Below, piece by piece: positions 1 to 7,673 of a stretch of 32,000 nt of DNA. This DNA comes from Nostoc sp. PCC 7120 = FACHB-418 (lineage in GTDB: Bacteria > Cyanobacteriota > Cyanobacteriia > Cyanobacteriales > Nostocaceae). The stretch spans positions 1,230,001 to 1,262,000 of the forward strand of contig NC_003272.1 in NCBI RefSeq assembly GCF_000009705.1, in the 5' to 3' direction. Below the pieces are notes generated by a model, which saw nothing but the letters and a program-made list of their open reading frames with translations, did not search any database and was not told the DNA's origin. Within the stretch, counting starts at the first letter, position 1. The number at the start of each line of letters is the position of its first letter. Made by a program: the position numbers and the translations under genes.

Positions 1-66
1 CAATAGGATAAATTAGGCTATAAGAACTCCACCACAAGGGGATGGGGTATTAAACCAGATGAAAAG

Positions 67-94
67 CAACTGACGAATGACAACTGACAACTGA
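67..94 (+). repeat. STRR-type tandem heptamer array (CAACTGA-like, 4 units)
   Basis: Read directly: caactga cgaatga caactga caactga. Short tandemly repeated heptamers are characteristic of heterocystous cyanobacteria. Confidence 0.8.
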
Positions 95-129
95 CACACG
101 CAGTGCAAATAAAAAGAGGTTAAGAGAAG

Positions 130-471
130 GTGTTAAGAACACTTTTAGTAATGATCATTGGTTTCTTACCGTCCATGTTCTCCTTGTGGGTAATTCGTAA
201 AACCCAATTACGGATGCGCTCACGCCTCAGACAAGCAGCCACAAATATTGCTAGGGTGCGGATACAGCAAGATATTAGACCTGTAGAGAGCGATCGCTAT
301 TATTTAGAAGGGGTAGGCTATTTAATTGGTGATATCAGTTGCAAATTCAACGCACGTTCCGGCTATCTCCGTTGTGCTGTTAACCCTAGTGGCCCTTGTC
401 AAGGATGCCGCTATTATGAATGCCCTATGAGTGATGAAAACTCAACAGGGTTTAGGGGCTTAGGGGTTTAG
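130..471 (+). CDS. Small membrane-anchored Cys-rich protein of unknown function (conserved cyanobacterial type, possibly DUF6464-like)
   Basis: 113-aa ORF with a GTG start preceded by gagaagg; an alternative ATG lies at 151. Hydrophobic N-terminus LLVMIIGFLPSMFSLWVI. Cys motif CKFNARSGYLRCAVNPSGPCQGC. The last ~18 codons and the TAG stop lie in repeat-element DNA (see 418-584). Confidence 0.55.
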   Translation: MLRTLLVMIIGFLPSMFSLWVIRKTQLRMRSRLRQAATNIARVRIQQDIRPVESDRYYLEGVGYLIGDISCKFNARSGYLRCAVNPSGPCQGCRYYECPMSDENSTGFRGLGV

Positions 472-584
472 GGGTTAGGAGAAGAACAGTATTTATAAGG
501 TATCTTGATTTAATTATTAGTTAGTTGCTTCCCTTACACCCTCACACCCTCACACCCTCACACCCTCACACCCTCACACCCCCG
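418..584 (+). mobile_element. MITE-like dispersed element, copy 1 (G-rich octamer arm, 40-nt core, C-rich CCCTCACA x6 arm)
   Basis: Core 479-518 (gagaagaacagtatttataaggtatcttgatttaattatt) equals the reverse complement of 10091-10129 with 1 mismatch. The left end gaatgccctatgag...atgaaaactc is colinear with the end of copy 2. Octamer arrays at 448-479 and 531-584. Confidence 0.7.
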
Positions 585-3500
585 CAGCTTCGTTTAACTT
601 GGTGCGTAAGTCTGCCCATGTCACTCCTGCAAGATTTGGGAGGACTACATGAGCTGTACCTACACGCTCGACAGGGCCAAGTCCTACTACCCACATCCCC
701 CCAGCTAAAGCGGCTTCCACACCTGCGCCTGCATCTTCCACAACTACGCATTGTTGCGGTTCTAATCCTAACTGATGGGCAGCGAAGAGGAATAAATCTG
801 GCGCTGGCTTGGGTTTCTGCACACTGTAACCATCAGCGATCGCATCTACTTTATCAACAAGCCCTAGCTTTTCGATTACTGTGTGAGCGTTTTTACTAGC
901 TGAACCGATACCTATTTTCATTCCCGCTTGCCTTAGTTCATCTAAAAGAGCGATCGCTCCCGGCAATAAATCTTTAGATGTAATGTGTTCAATTAGTTCT
1001 ACATAGTAGCGATTTTTACGCTCCATCATCTCTTGAATTTGCACTTCTGAATAAGGTCTATCCCCAATAATCCGCATCAAGGACTCACGACGAGACACCC
1101 CCCGCAAGGCTTCGTTATCCTCCCTATTAAAAGGAATCCCCTCCTCATCAGCCAGCCTCTGCCACCCTAAATAGTGATATTCTGCTGTATCAGTTAACAC
1201 ACCATCTAAATCGAAGATAAATCCTCTAATGTCTGGGTATTGAGTGTTCGGGAGTGGGGATTGGAGAGTGAAAACTTCTTCCTCTGCTCCACCCTTCTCT
1301 ACGAGAGGCAACGCCAACGGGAACGCTTTCAGCGAACTGCTCCCTCCGAAGTTCCGAGCGGAGGCTTCCTCCGCTCGGACTTCTCTCTGCTCCCCTGCTC
1401 CCTGCTCCCCTGCTCCCTGCTCCCTGCCCCCTGCCTCCTGTCCCCCAGGCAAATCAAACGGATACCACTGCCCACGCCAATGTAGCTGAAACTTCAGACG
1501 TGTCCAAGTTGGGGGCAAATGGGGGTTAGCGACGGGGCCTTTTTCTGTGAATTGGATGCCACCAAAACCGAAAATTACTGCCTGCCAAATTCCGCCAGCG
1601 CTGGCTCCGTGAATACCGTCATTGGCATTGCCTCGCGTGTCTTCTAAATCAACCATGAGCGCCTGCATAAACCGTTCGTAGGCTGTGGCTGATTTCCCCA
1701 AATCTGAGGCTAAGATGCCGTGAATTGCTGGGCCTAGTGATGAACCGTAGGTAATATCCGTCCTGGGTGCGTAATAATCCCAATTGCTTTTTAAAGCTTT
1801 TTCGTTGTAGGGAAATTCTGCTGATGGGCGCATCAGGTACAGCAACATCAAGACATCTGGTTGCTTGAGGACTTGGTGTTGGTTAGCGGTTTCTATACCC
1901 AAGATTGCCTGCATAGAACGCTGGCGTGGTTCGTAGTCTTCTAAGTTGATATCTTGCAATTGGAAAAATCCCTCAAATTGTTCGATTAATCCGGTTGAAG
2001 AGTCGTAGAAAATGCAGATTTTTTTGATGATGTCTTGCCAGAGAGTTTCTAACTCTGGAGTAAGTTGCAGCTTATCTTCTAGTGCTTTGGCTCGTTCGGG
2101 GAAGTTATGACGCAGCCATTCAGCAACTGTCAGCGCCTTTTCTAAATGCCATTGCACCATCCGGTTAGTGAAAGTGTTGTTGTGTACAAACTCGTGGTAT
2201 TCATCAGTACCAATCACCCCACGGATTTCATAGCGATCGCCTTGGGAGTTATACTCAACTCGGCTACTCCAGAAAATAGCGGCATCTAAGATAATTTCTG
2301 CACCATAATCGCCCATCCAATCATCATCACCAGTGGCTTGCCAGTATTGCCAGACAGCATAGGCAATATCTGCACTATTATGAATTTCGCGATCGCGGCA
2401 CCAAATACGCACATCTTCGCCATAATAATCATCAGGCAATGCCCAACGCGGCGTTACCTCATCCCCAGTATCCGCACTTTCCCAGGCATACATCGCCCCT
2501 TTAAAGCCGTAATGGCTGGCTTTGCGTCGCGCCCCGTTGATGGTGTGATAGCGGTAGCTGAGTAAGTTCCGGGCTAAAGTGGGTTGGGTGAAGGTGAAAA
2601 AGGGCAAGATAAAAATTTCTGTATCCCAGAAAATATGCCCCCGGTAGCCAAAGCCGGAAAGGGTTTTAGCGGGAATACTGACTTTTTCATCATGGGATGG
2701 GGCAGCAATTAGCAACTGAAACAGGTTGTAGCGGACAGCAAAAGCGGCTTTAGGGTCTCCTTCTATGTATATATCGCTTTTTTGCCATACTTCGTCCCAG
2801 GCTTGCTTATTCGCCGTGAGTAAAGTTGTGTAGTTGGTTAGTTGTGCCAGTTTTTCTTGAGCTGCGGTAACTGGTTTGTTGACCTCCCTTGAAGTAAACA
2901 CTGTTACCAGCTTTTCCACCGTGATAGTTTGTTGAGATTTAGCTAAAAAACTGGCGCTGATAGTGGGATATCCAGGGACGATGCTCACTTGTAACGCTGT
3001 TTCTGCACCTGATATGGTCATTTTGGCTGCCATACCGATTTCAATATGAGTTCCACGGGTACGACTTTGCAACCAGATACCCTGCTCGGTTTTACCTTGG
3101 TCTATTCCTTCCCAATGATTGAAACCTTGATTTTCAGCATAGCCGTTGATACTAGCTTGAATTTCAACTAAGCAATCACCATCATGAGCTGTGATTTGAC
3201 AACGCTGTCCTAATATATGGTGATCTGCCAGACTAGCAAAGCGTTCAAAGTGGATATCGATGATGCTACCACTGGGACTACGCCAACGCAGAGAACGACT
3301 GAGCAGACCTTGACTAACATCAAGTTTACGTTCGTAGTGTAATACTTCCCCCTGATCCATGCGGAAGCGATCGCCATTAATCGCAATTATCATGGGCAAC
3401 CAATCAGGACAGTTAGCCAGTTCTGTATAAACTACAGGCACATCATCATAGACACCATGAATAAAGGTTGCAGGTAAACCACGGGCGTGACCTTCCTCTA

Positions 3501-3639
3501 AGCTACCCCTGGTGCCTAAGTAACCGTTACCAATGGTGAAGACGGTACCTCTAGAATGCGATTGCTCAGGATTAAACTTAGTTTCGCTTAATATCCAATC
3601 TTGATAAATAAAATCACGAGAAGGACATTTTGTGTTCAT
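574..3639 (-). CDS. Glycoside hydrolase family 65 alpha-glucoside phosphorylase (kojibiose/trehalose/maltose phosphorylase-like) fused to C-terminal beta-phosphoglucomutase (HAD)
   Basis: 1021-aa uninterrupted ORF. GH65 hallmarks include the catalytic-acid region GVIGTDEYHE and an (alpha/alpha)6 core of about 730 aa. The C-terminal 219 aa carry beta-PGM motifs DLDGVLTDT, GSASKN and VVEDAGAGVEAA. The domains are joined by a 72-aa low-complexity linker. Confidence 0.9.
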   Translation of the reverse strand: MNTKCPSRDFIYQDWILSETKFNPEQSHSRGTVFTIGNGYLGTRGSLEEGHARGLPATFIHGVYDDVPVVYTELANCPDWLPMIIAINGDRFRMDQGEVLHYERKLDVSQGLLSRSLRWRSPSGSIIDIHFERFASLADHHILGQRCQITAHDGDCLVEIQASINGYAENQGFNHWEGIDQGKTEQGIWLQSRTRGTHIEIGMAAKMTISGAETALQVSIVPGYPTISASFLAKSQQTITVEKLVTVFTSREVNKPVTAAQEKLAQLTNYTTLLTANKQAWDEVWQKSDIYIEGDPKAAFAVRYNLFQLLIAAPSHDEKVSIPAKTLSGFGYRGHIFWDTEIFILPFFTFTQPTLARNLLSYRYHTINGARRKASHYGFKGAMYAWESADTGDEVTPRWALPDDYYGEDVRIWCRDREIHNSADIAYAVWQYWQATGDDDWMGDYGAEIILDAAIFWSSRVEYNSQGDRYEIRGVIGTDEYHEFVHNNTFTNRMVQWHLEKALTVAEWLRHNFPERAKALEDKLQLTPELETLWQDIIKKICIFYDSSTGLIEQFEGFFQLQDINLEDYEPRQRSMQAILGIETANQHQVLKQPDVLMLLYLMRPSAEFPYNEKALKSNWDYYAPRTDITYGSSLGPAIHGILASDLGKSATAYERFMQALMVDLEDTRGNANDGIHGASAGGIWQAVIFGFGGIQFTEKGPVANPHLPPTWTRLKFQLHWRGQWYPFDLPGGQEAGGREQGAGEQGAGEQREVRAEEASARNFGGSSSLKAFPLALPLVEKGGAEEEVFTLQSPLPNTQYPDIRGFIFDLDGVLTDTAEYHYLGWQRLADEEGIPFNREDNEALRGVSRRESLMRIIGDRPYSEVQIQEMMERKNRYYVELIEHITSKDLLPGAIALLDELRQAGMKIGIGSASKNAHTVIEKLGLVDKVDAIADGYSVQKPKPAPDLFLFAAHQLGLEPQQCVVVEDAGAGVEAALAGGMWVVGLGPVERVGTAHVVLPNLAGVTWADLRTKLNEAAGV
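1234..1449. repeat. Repeat-element-like DNA translated in frame as the GH65/beta-PGM interdomain linker
   Basis: A G-rich arm (ggagtggggattggagagtg), a core with the perfect 12-bp palindrome tccgagcggagg-ctt-cctccgctcgga (1353-1379), and a C-rich CTGCTCC(C) tandem array (1385-1445). It shares the 11-mer TCTCTACGAGA (1296-1306) with the intergenic repeat at 29393-29403 (opposite strand). Confidence 0.6.
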
Positions 3640-3681
3640 GGTGAATGACTGATGACTGTTGACTGATGACTAATGACAACT
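3640..3681. repeat. STRR heptamer array (GACTGAT-like, 6 units) spanning the susB stop and the whole susB-GH65 spacer
   Basis: Read directly: ggtgaat gactgat gactgtt gactgat gactaat gacaact. The susB stop (cta, 3670-3672) lies inside the array. The GH65 start codon (cat, 3637-3639) abuts it. Confidence 0.85.
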
Positions 3682-6087
3682 CATGTGCTTCGCTAAAATT
3701 TGCTCGGCTCTGGGTTTATAAATTAGGTGAAATAGGCTTTCCATGTAACGGACTCTAGCTTCGCTGCTTTCTGGGCGGATAAAGTTCCAGAAACTGTAGA
3801 TTTTAGTCAGTGCTAGTAATTGACTGGTGTGTAATTGCCAGTTGTATTTTTGATGAATGCGTTGGCTCATCCATTGAGACACTTCTTGCCAATGTTCGGG
3901 ATGGGTATCGCACTCTTGGAAGAATGCCAAAATTTTCTCGGCTGTTCCCTCTAAGTCCGTGGGATTAATCCGAAATCCATTATTTTGATCCTCCATGATT
4001 TCTAAAGAACCACCAAATTTAGTGGCAAAGGTAGGTAAGCCAGAAATCATGGCTTCTAAAATACTGCGTCCAAAGGCTTCAAACCGAGCAAAGTGGATAT
4101 AAATTCCCCGATAATCTGCCACTAAGCGATAAGCTTCGCCGACTTCTTGGTTAGGAAGTCGTAACCCTAACCAGCGAATATGCCCATGTAGCTGATATTG
4201 GTTAATAATGTTGTGCAGTTTTTCAATTTCCCTGGCTTCTTCGGGATTGGTGCTTTCATCTATGTTTAACTTACTAGTAAGCAGAATTAGGTTAGAGTGT
4301 GCTTGTAATTCCTGACTTCTGCCGAAGCATTCAGCCAAGCCAGTCAGATTTTTGATGGAAGTAATAGGCGCAACTGCAAAGATGGGTGGCTTTTGGGGTT
4401 GGTCTAAATAACCGAAGATTTGCGAGTCTTGACGATGAAATAATAAGTCGTGGACGTGTTTACTGACATTGGGGTCTCTATCTGCTGTTTGGCTATAAGG
4501 GAAAAAGACTTGCTCATTTACCCCTGGCGGAACCATGTTGAATTTAGGATTAAACAGGTCTATCCCATCGACTACATGATATAGATGGGGCATGGTAAAG
4601 AACTTGTAGGACTCGTACTGTCCTATGCTTTCGGGTGTGCCGAAAATTTCTTGGTAGGATGATGTGATGATAAAGTCAGCCGCATTCATCGTAATTAAAT
4701 CGGCGGTAAATTGTACTGAGAAGTGATATTTTTCCTCAGAGTCTTGCCAATATAAATTACTAAATAAATTTTTCGGTTTTTCTAAAGAGTGGGCAATGTT
4801 GCAATGGGTGACTTTGAGACGACGGGCGAGGAGGAACGCAACTAAGTTACCATCGCTGTAGTTACCGATAATTAAATTTGGTTTGCCCTGGAATTGGGCT
4901 AGTAGTTGTTTTTCGGCATCTAAGGCAAAAGTTTCTAGATAAGGCCAAATCTCAAATTTAGATATCCAGTTATTGGTAATTTCGGGATTAAATTCCCCGA
5001 AAGGAACCCGCAAAATCCAAGCATTCTCTGTGTTGTGTAACTTTTCTAAGCGCAGGTTACAGTATGTACCCTCACAGTTAGGTATAAGCCGGGTGAGAAT
5101 AATAACGTGGGGTTGAATACCTAGCACTTCCAGTCCGGCAAGCTTAATCTCTTGCTGTAGTTTGTTTTCTAAACTGCGTGCTTGCTCTAAAACATAGATA
5201 ACTTGGCCTAAGGTTTCATCCCGTCCCATGACATCTTCTTGAGCTACCCAGCCGTGAATGGAAACTAGGACGACCCGAAAAACAGCAGGAACACGGGCGA
5301 CAAATGCTTCTAATACGGCAGGTTGGGGAGAATCAATCAATTTATCTAGCAGCGTAATAGTCTCCAGGATGCGCTGGGCTGTATTACCCCATCCTGGCTC
5401 AAAGCCGAGTTTTTGCAGTTCAATGTAGAATTTTTCGTATGGTTCTTCCGGGGGTAGTGCCGAGAGAAATTTAATCGCTGCGTGAATTTGTTTAGCTAGG
5501 TGGATACCTGAGGGAATAGCATCCCCAATCATTAAGTTAATCCCATCGTATTGCAATCCCCGTAAAGCTAAGTACACTAACTCGACCCAATATTGGGGGT
5601 CGGTCGCTATCTGACTGCATAGATAACGATTGAGGAAGGCTAAACCTTGACCAATGTTTCTAGGGTCGCTAATACTGGGGGAAGCTTCGTAAAAGGAATT
5701 GAGGTCAATTTCTAAGATGTTGGGTTCATAGGCATTGACTAGGCGATCGCTTACATCTAAAAACGCATCAATTGACATAGAATCAAACTTAGCCAAGTCT
5801 GATGTCAGTCGCCAAACTTCTTGGCTAGCAATCCTTGGACGCACCACAAACCAGGTACCGTCCTCTGCTAAAACGATTTCATGGGTATATTGAATCAGCT
5901 TACCCACGGATGAAGAATAGTAAAAATATGTGGGCTTTTGGGCTTGCTGACAGTATTGGGAAAAAGTATGCAGGATCTCATTTCTCAGGAAGTAACGTTT
6001 ACCTGAGGCATCTAATGCAATTATCAACTGTTGCAGAGCAGCTTTTTCCTCACCATTAGCAAAAATAGGGTGAAATAGTTCGTGCAT
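3670..6087 (-). CDS. susB: Sucrose synthase (NDP-glucose:fructose glucosyltransferase, GT4)
   Basis: 805 aa, the typical sucrose synthase length. N-terminal SuS domain followed by a GT-B domain with GQVIYVLEQARSLE and EAFGRSILEAMISGLPTFATKFGGSLEI motifs. The symbol is from memory of PCC 7120 all1059. Confidence 0.9.
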   Translation of the reverse strand: MHELFHPIFANGEEKAALQQLIIALDASGKRYFLRNEILHTFSQYCQQAQKPTYFYYSSSVGKLIQYTHEIVLAEDGTWFVVRPRIASQEVWRLTSDLAKFDSMSIDAFLDVSDRLVNAYEPNILEIDLNSFYEASPSISDPRNIGQGLAFLNRYLCSQIATDPQYWVELVYLALRGLQYDGINLMIGDAIPSGIHLAKQIHAAIKFLSALPPEEPYEKFYIELQKLGFEPGWGNTAQRILETITLLDKLIDSPQPAVLEAFVARVPAVFRVVLVSIHGWVAQEDVMGRDETLGQVIYVLEQARSLENKLQQEIKLAGLEVLGIQPHVIILTRLIPNCEGTYCNLRLEKLHNTENAWILRVPFGEFNPEITNNWISKFEIWPYLETFALDAEKQLLAQFQGKPNLIIGNYSDGNLVAFLLARRLKVTHCNIAHSLEKPKNLFSNLYWQDSEEKYHFSVQFTADLITMNAADFIITSSYQEIFGTPESIGQYESYKFFTMPHLYHVVDGIDLFNPKFNMVPPGVNEQVFFPYSQTADRDPNVSKHVHDLLFHRQDSQIFGYLDQPQKPPIFAVAPITSIKNLTGLAECFGRSQELQAHSNLILLTSKLNIDESTNPEEAREIEKLHNIINQYQLHGHIRWLGLRLPNQEVGEAYRLVADYRGIYIHFARFEAFGRSILEAMISGLPTFATKFGGSLEIMEDQNNGFRINPTDLEGTAEKILAFFQECDTHPEHWQEVSQWMSQRIHQKYNWQLHTSQLLALTKIYSFWNFIRPESSEARVRYMESLFHLIYKPRAEQILAKHMSCH

Positions 6088-6190
6088 GACGATTTCCAGA
6101 ACTCTAGCCAGGTCACGACCTCATTTTTGTCTCCTCAACAAATGTAATTTTTGTATAAAGTTCGTTGAAACACTGATATTTGGTAATGGG

Positions 6191-6252
6191 TGATCAGTAA
6201 TTGGTAATTGGTAATATCAAAACTAATTACCAAAATTGGCTATTACTGATCA
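6191..6252. repeat. Long imperfect hairpin built of TTGGTAA-type heptamers
   Basis: tgatcagtaat (6191-6201) pairs perfectly with attactgatca (6242-6252). Inner ttggtaat/attaccaa arms also pair. It lies in the susB upstream region. Confidence 0.7.
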
Positions 6253-6379
6253 AGACCAACCATCTTCTGTGTAATTAAATAAACTTGATACTTAGTAATT
6301 GGCTTAGAGGTACATTGCCTTTGTTGACCTTTGTATAGTAGATAGGCATTCACTGTTTTGCCTTCTAGCTCTGGTATGA

Positions 6380-6400
6380 ATGGTCATTGGTCAGTTGTCA
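6380..6400 (+). repeat. STRR2-like heptamer array (TTGGTCA x3)
   Basis: Read directly: atggtca ttggtca gttgtca. Confidence 0.7.
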
Positions 6401-6801
6401 GTGTTTCTTCCTCCTGCTCTAGGCTGGTGAGCGACTTGCCTTGAGCGGAGTCGAAAGGAATTTAACTACTGCCTTCTACCTCTTAAGAGTTCTTAGTCTA
6501 GTCACTACGTCAGTATATTTTAAATATTTAAATAAACTTCTTATTTACAAAGGCATAATCCAGTAGTTTTTGTTATGCTGGACTAGACAATTTAAGTTTT
6601 TTTTTGAGCGATAATTATAACGCAATACCATTTAATTTGCAAGTTGAATTTTCTATACAATTAGTCTTGTTTTGTACATAAAGATTAATTAGGCGATCGC
6701 TCTCAAAAGTTGATATTTTTTTTAATGTAGAGGGTCAACGAGCTGAGCAACTAATTGTCTAGCTGTGTTGGATCAAAACTTTGCTCATTTTCAATTTTTT
6801 T

Positions 6802-7254
6802 ATGAGTCATCATCTACCCGACACCAAGATACCTGCTCCGTGTATTGTAAACACGGGCATTATTGTGAACAAGCTCGACATGAAGCGTTTATTGGCTGAT
6901 TTAGGTCGAGTCCACTACATCTACACCCAAGAAGGCCAATTACAGAGCGAGGGTGAAGGGGATGTGATGGAAGTTTTTGCTAACCCACGAAGGTCTACCT
7001 TAGTGGCTAACAGCACTCTTTATCTCAATGTTGCTAGCTTTGATTATCTGGAATTGAAACAATCACCCCAAAAAGAAACTTTCTTTGATTTGATGCAGGA
7101 AGGTGCTTGCTTACGGTTGATTCCTTTATCGACACCTATCCAAGAACGTCGTGAACGGACTTGGAATGTCAGCGCTATCGAGGCGATGATGGAGGAAGTC
7201 CTAGCAGCTAGATGGGATGCAGAAATTGATGATGACTGTTGTGATGGCTTTTAA
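6802..7254 (+). CDS. Hypothetical protein with an acidic C-terminus ending DDDCCDGF
   Basis: ORF 6781-7254. The first ATG is at 6802 (MSHHLPD...), giving 150 aa. I recognise no family motif. It is divergent from susB across a 690-bp spacer. Confidence 0.5.
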   Translation: MSHHLPDTKIPAPCIVNTGIIVNKLDMKRLLADLGRVHYIYTQEGQLQSEGEGDVMEVFANPRRSTLVANSTLYLNVASFDYLELKQSPQKETFFDLMQEGACLRLIPLSTPIQERRERTWNVSAIEAMMEEVLAARWDAEIDDDCCDGF

Positions 7255-7673
7255 ATTAGAAAAAGCCACTCCGAAAAACAAAACACAATCAAAAAGGCAA
7301 TAAAGCAAGCCGATGTGGAGATGTTGGAATTAGACGCAGTTGCCTGTGAGATAACCGCTTATGCTCCATTCTATAAAAAACTGCACTTTCCTGCGTTCTA
7401 TGATTGATTGGAATCACGGCAAGCTGATCTCCAATTTGGACTAGCGACAAAGTTATGGTTCTAAACTGTCAATTTCGTCCAAAATTAGCTGACGCAAGAA
7501 TAAGGGTTATAGTGTTGTCAACGGCAAAGTTATGGGTAAAGTCACAGTTTTAAATCCTTACCTTTGGTAAACGATGGGTTGTCAATTTGGACAACTTATG
7601 GTTACTGTCGCAACCCAAGAAAGAATGGAATTTTATACTGATTAATTCCTTGATGCTCAACTTTTGAATTAAA

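Noticed and set aside
448-584. Tandem octamer/heptamer arrays as a possible CRISPR array (also 3640-3681, 10046-10075, 17799-17983)
   Set aside because: The units are 7-8 nt and directly abutting, with no spacers, and no cas genes are present. These are STRR/MITE arm repeats.
584-640. Right-hand TIR of MITE copy 1 within the beta-PGM C-terminal coding sequence
   Set aside because: There is only a weak, gapped resemblance to the copy 2 end. The region encodes a normal-looking HAD C-terminal helix, so I set the element boundary at the octamer array.
525-899. ORFs 525-899 (+) and 566-751 (-) overlapping the 3' end of the GH65-PGM gene
   Set aside because: These are shadow ORFs. They are opened by the CCCTCACA octamer array, or lie antisense to a strongly supported beta-PGM domain, and their products are low-complexity.
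1240-1489. Two overlapping + strand ORFs (81 aa each) across the linker repeat
   Set aside because: These are artefacts of the low-complexity C-rich/G-rich repeat. They are antisense to a continuous 1021-aa frame.
574-3639. Possibility that GH65 and beta-PGM are two genes falsely joined by a sequencing frameshift or read-through
   Set aside because: The frame is continuous. There is no stop and no plausible start codon ahead of DIRGFIFDLDG. GH65-PGM fusions are, to my knowledge, found in cyanobacteria, so I kept it as one CDS.
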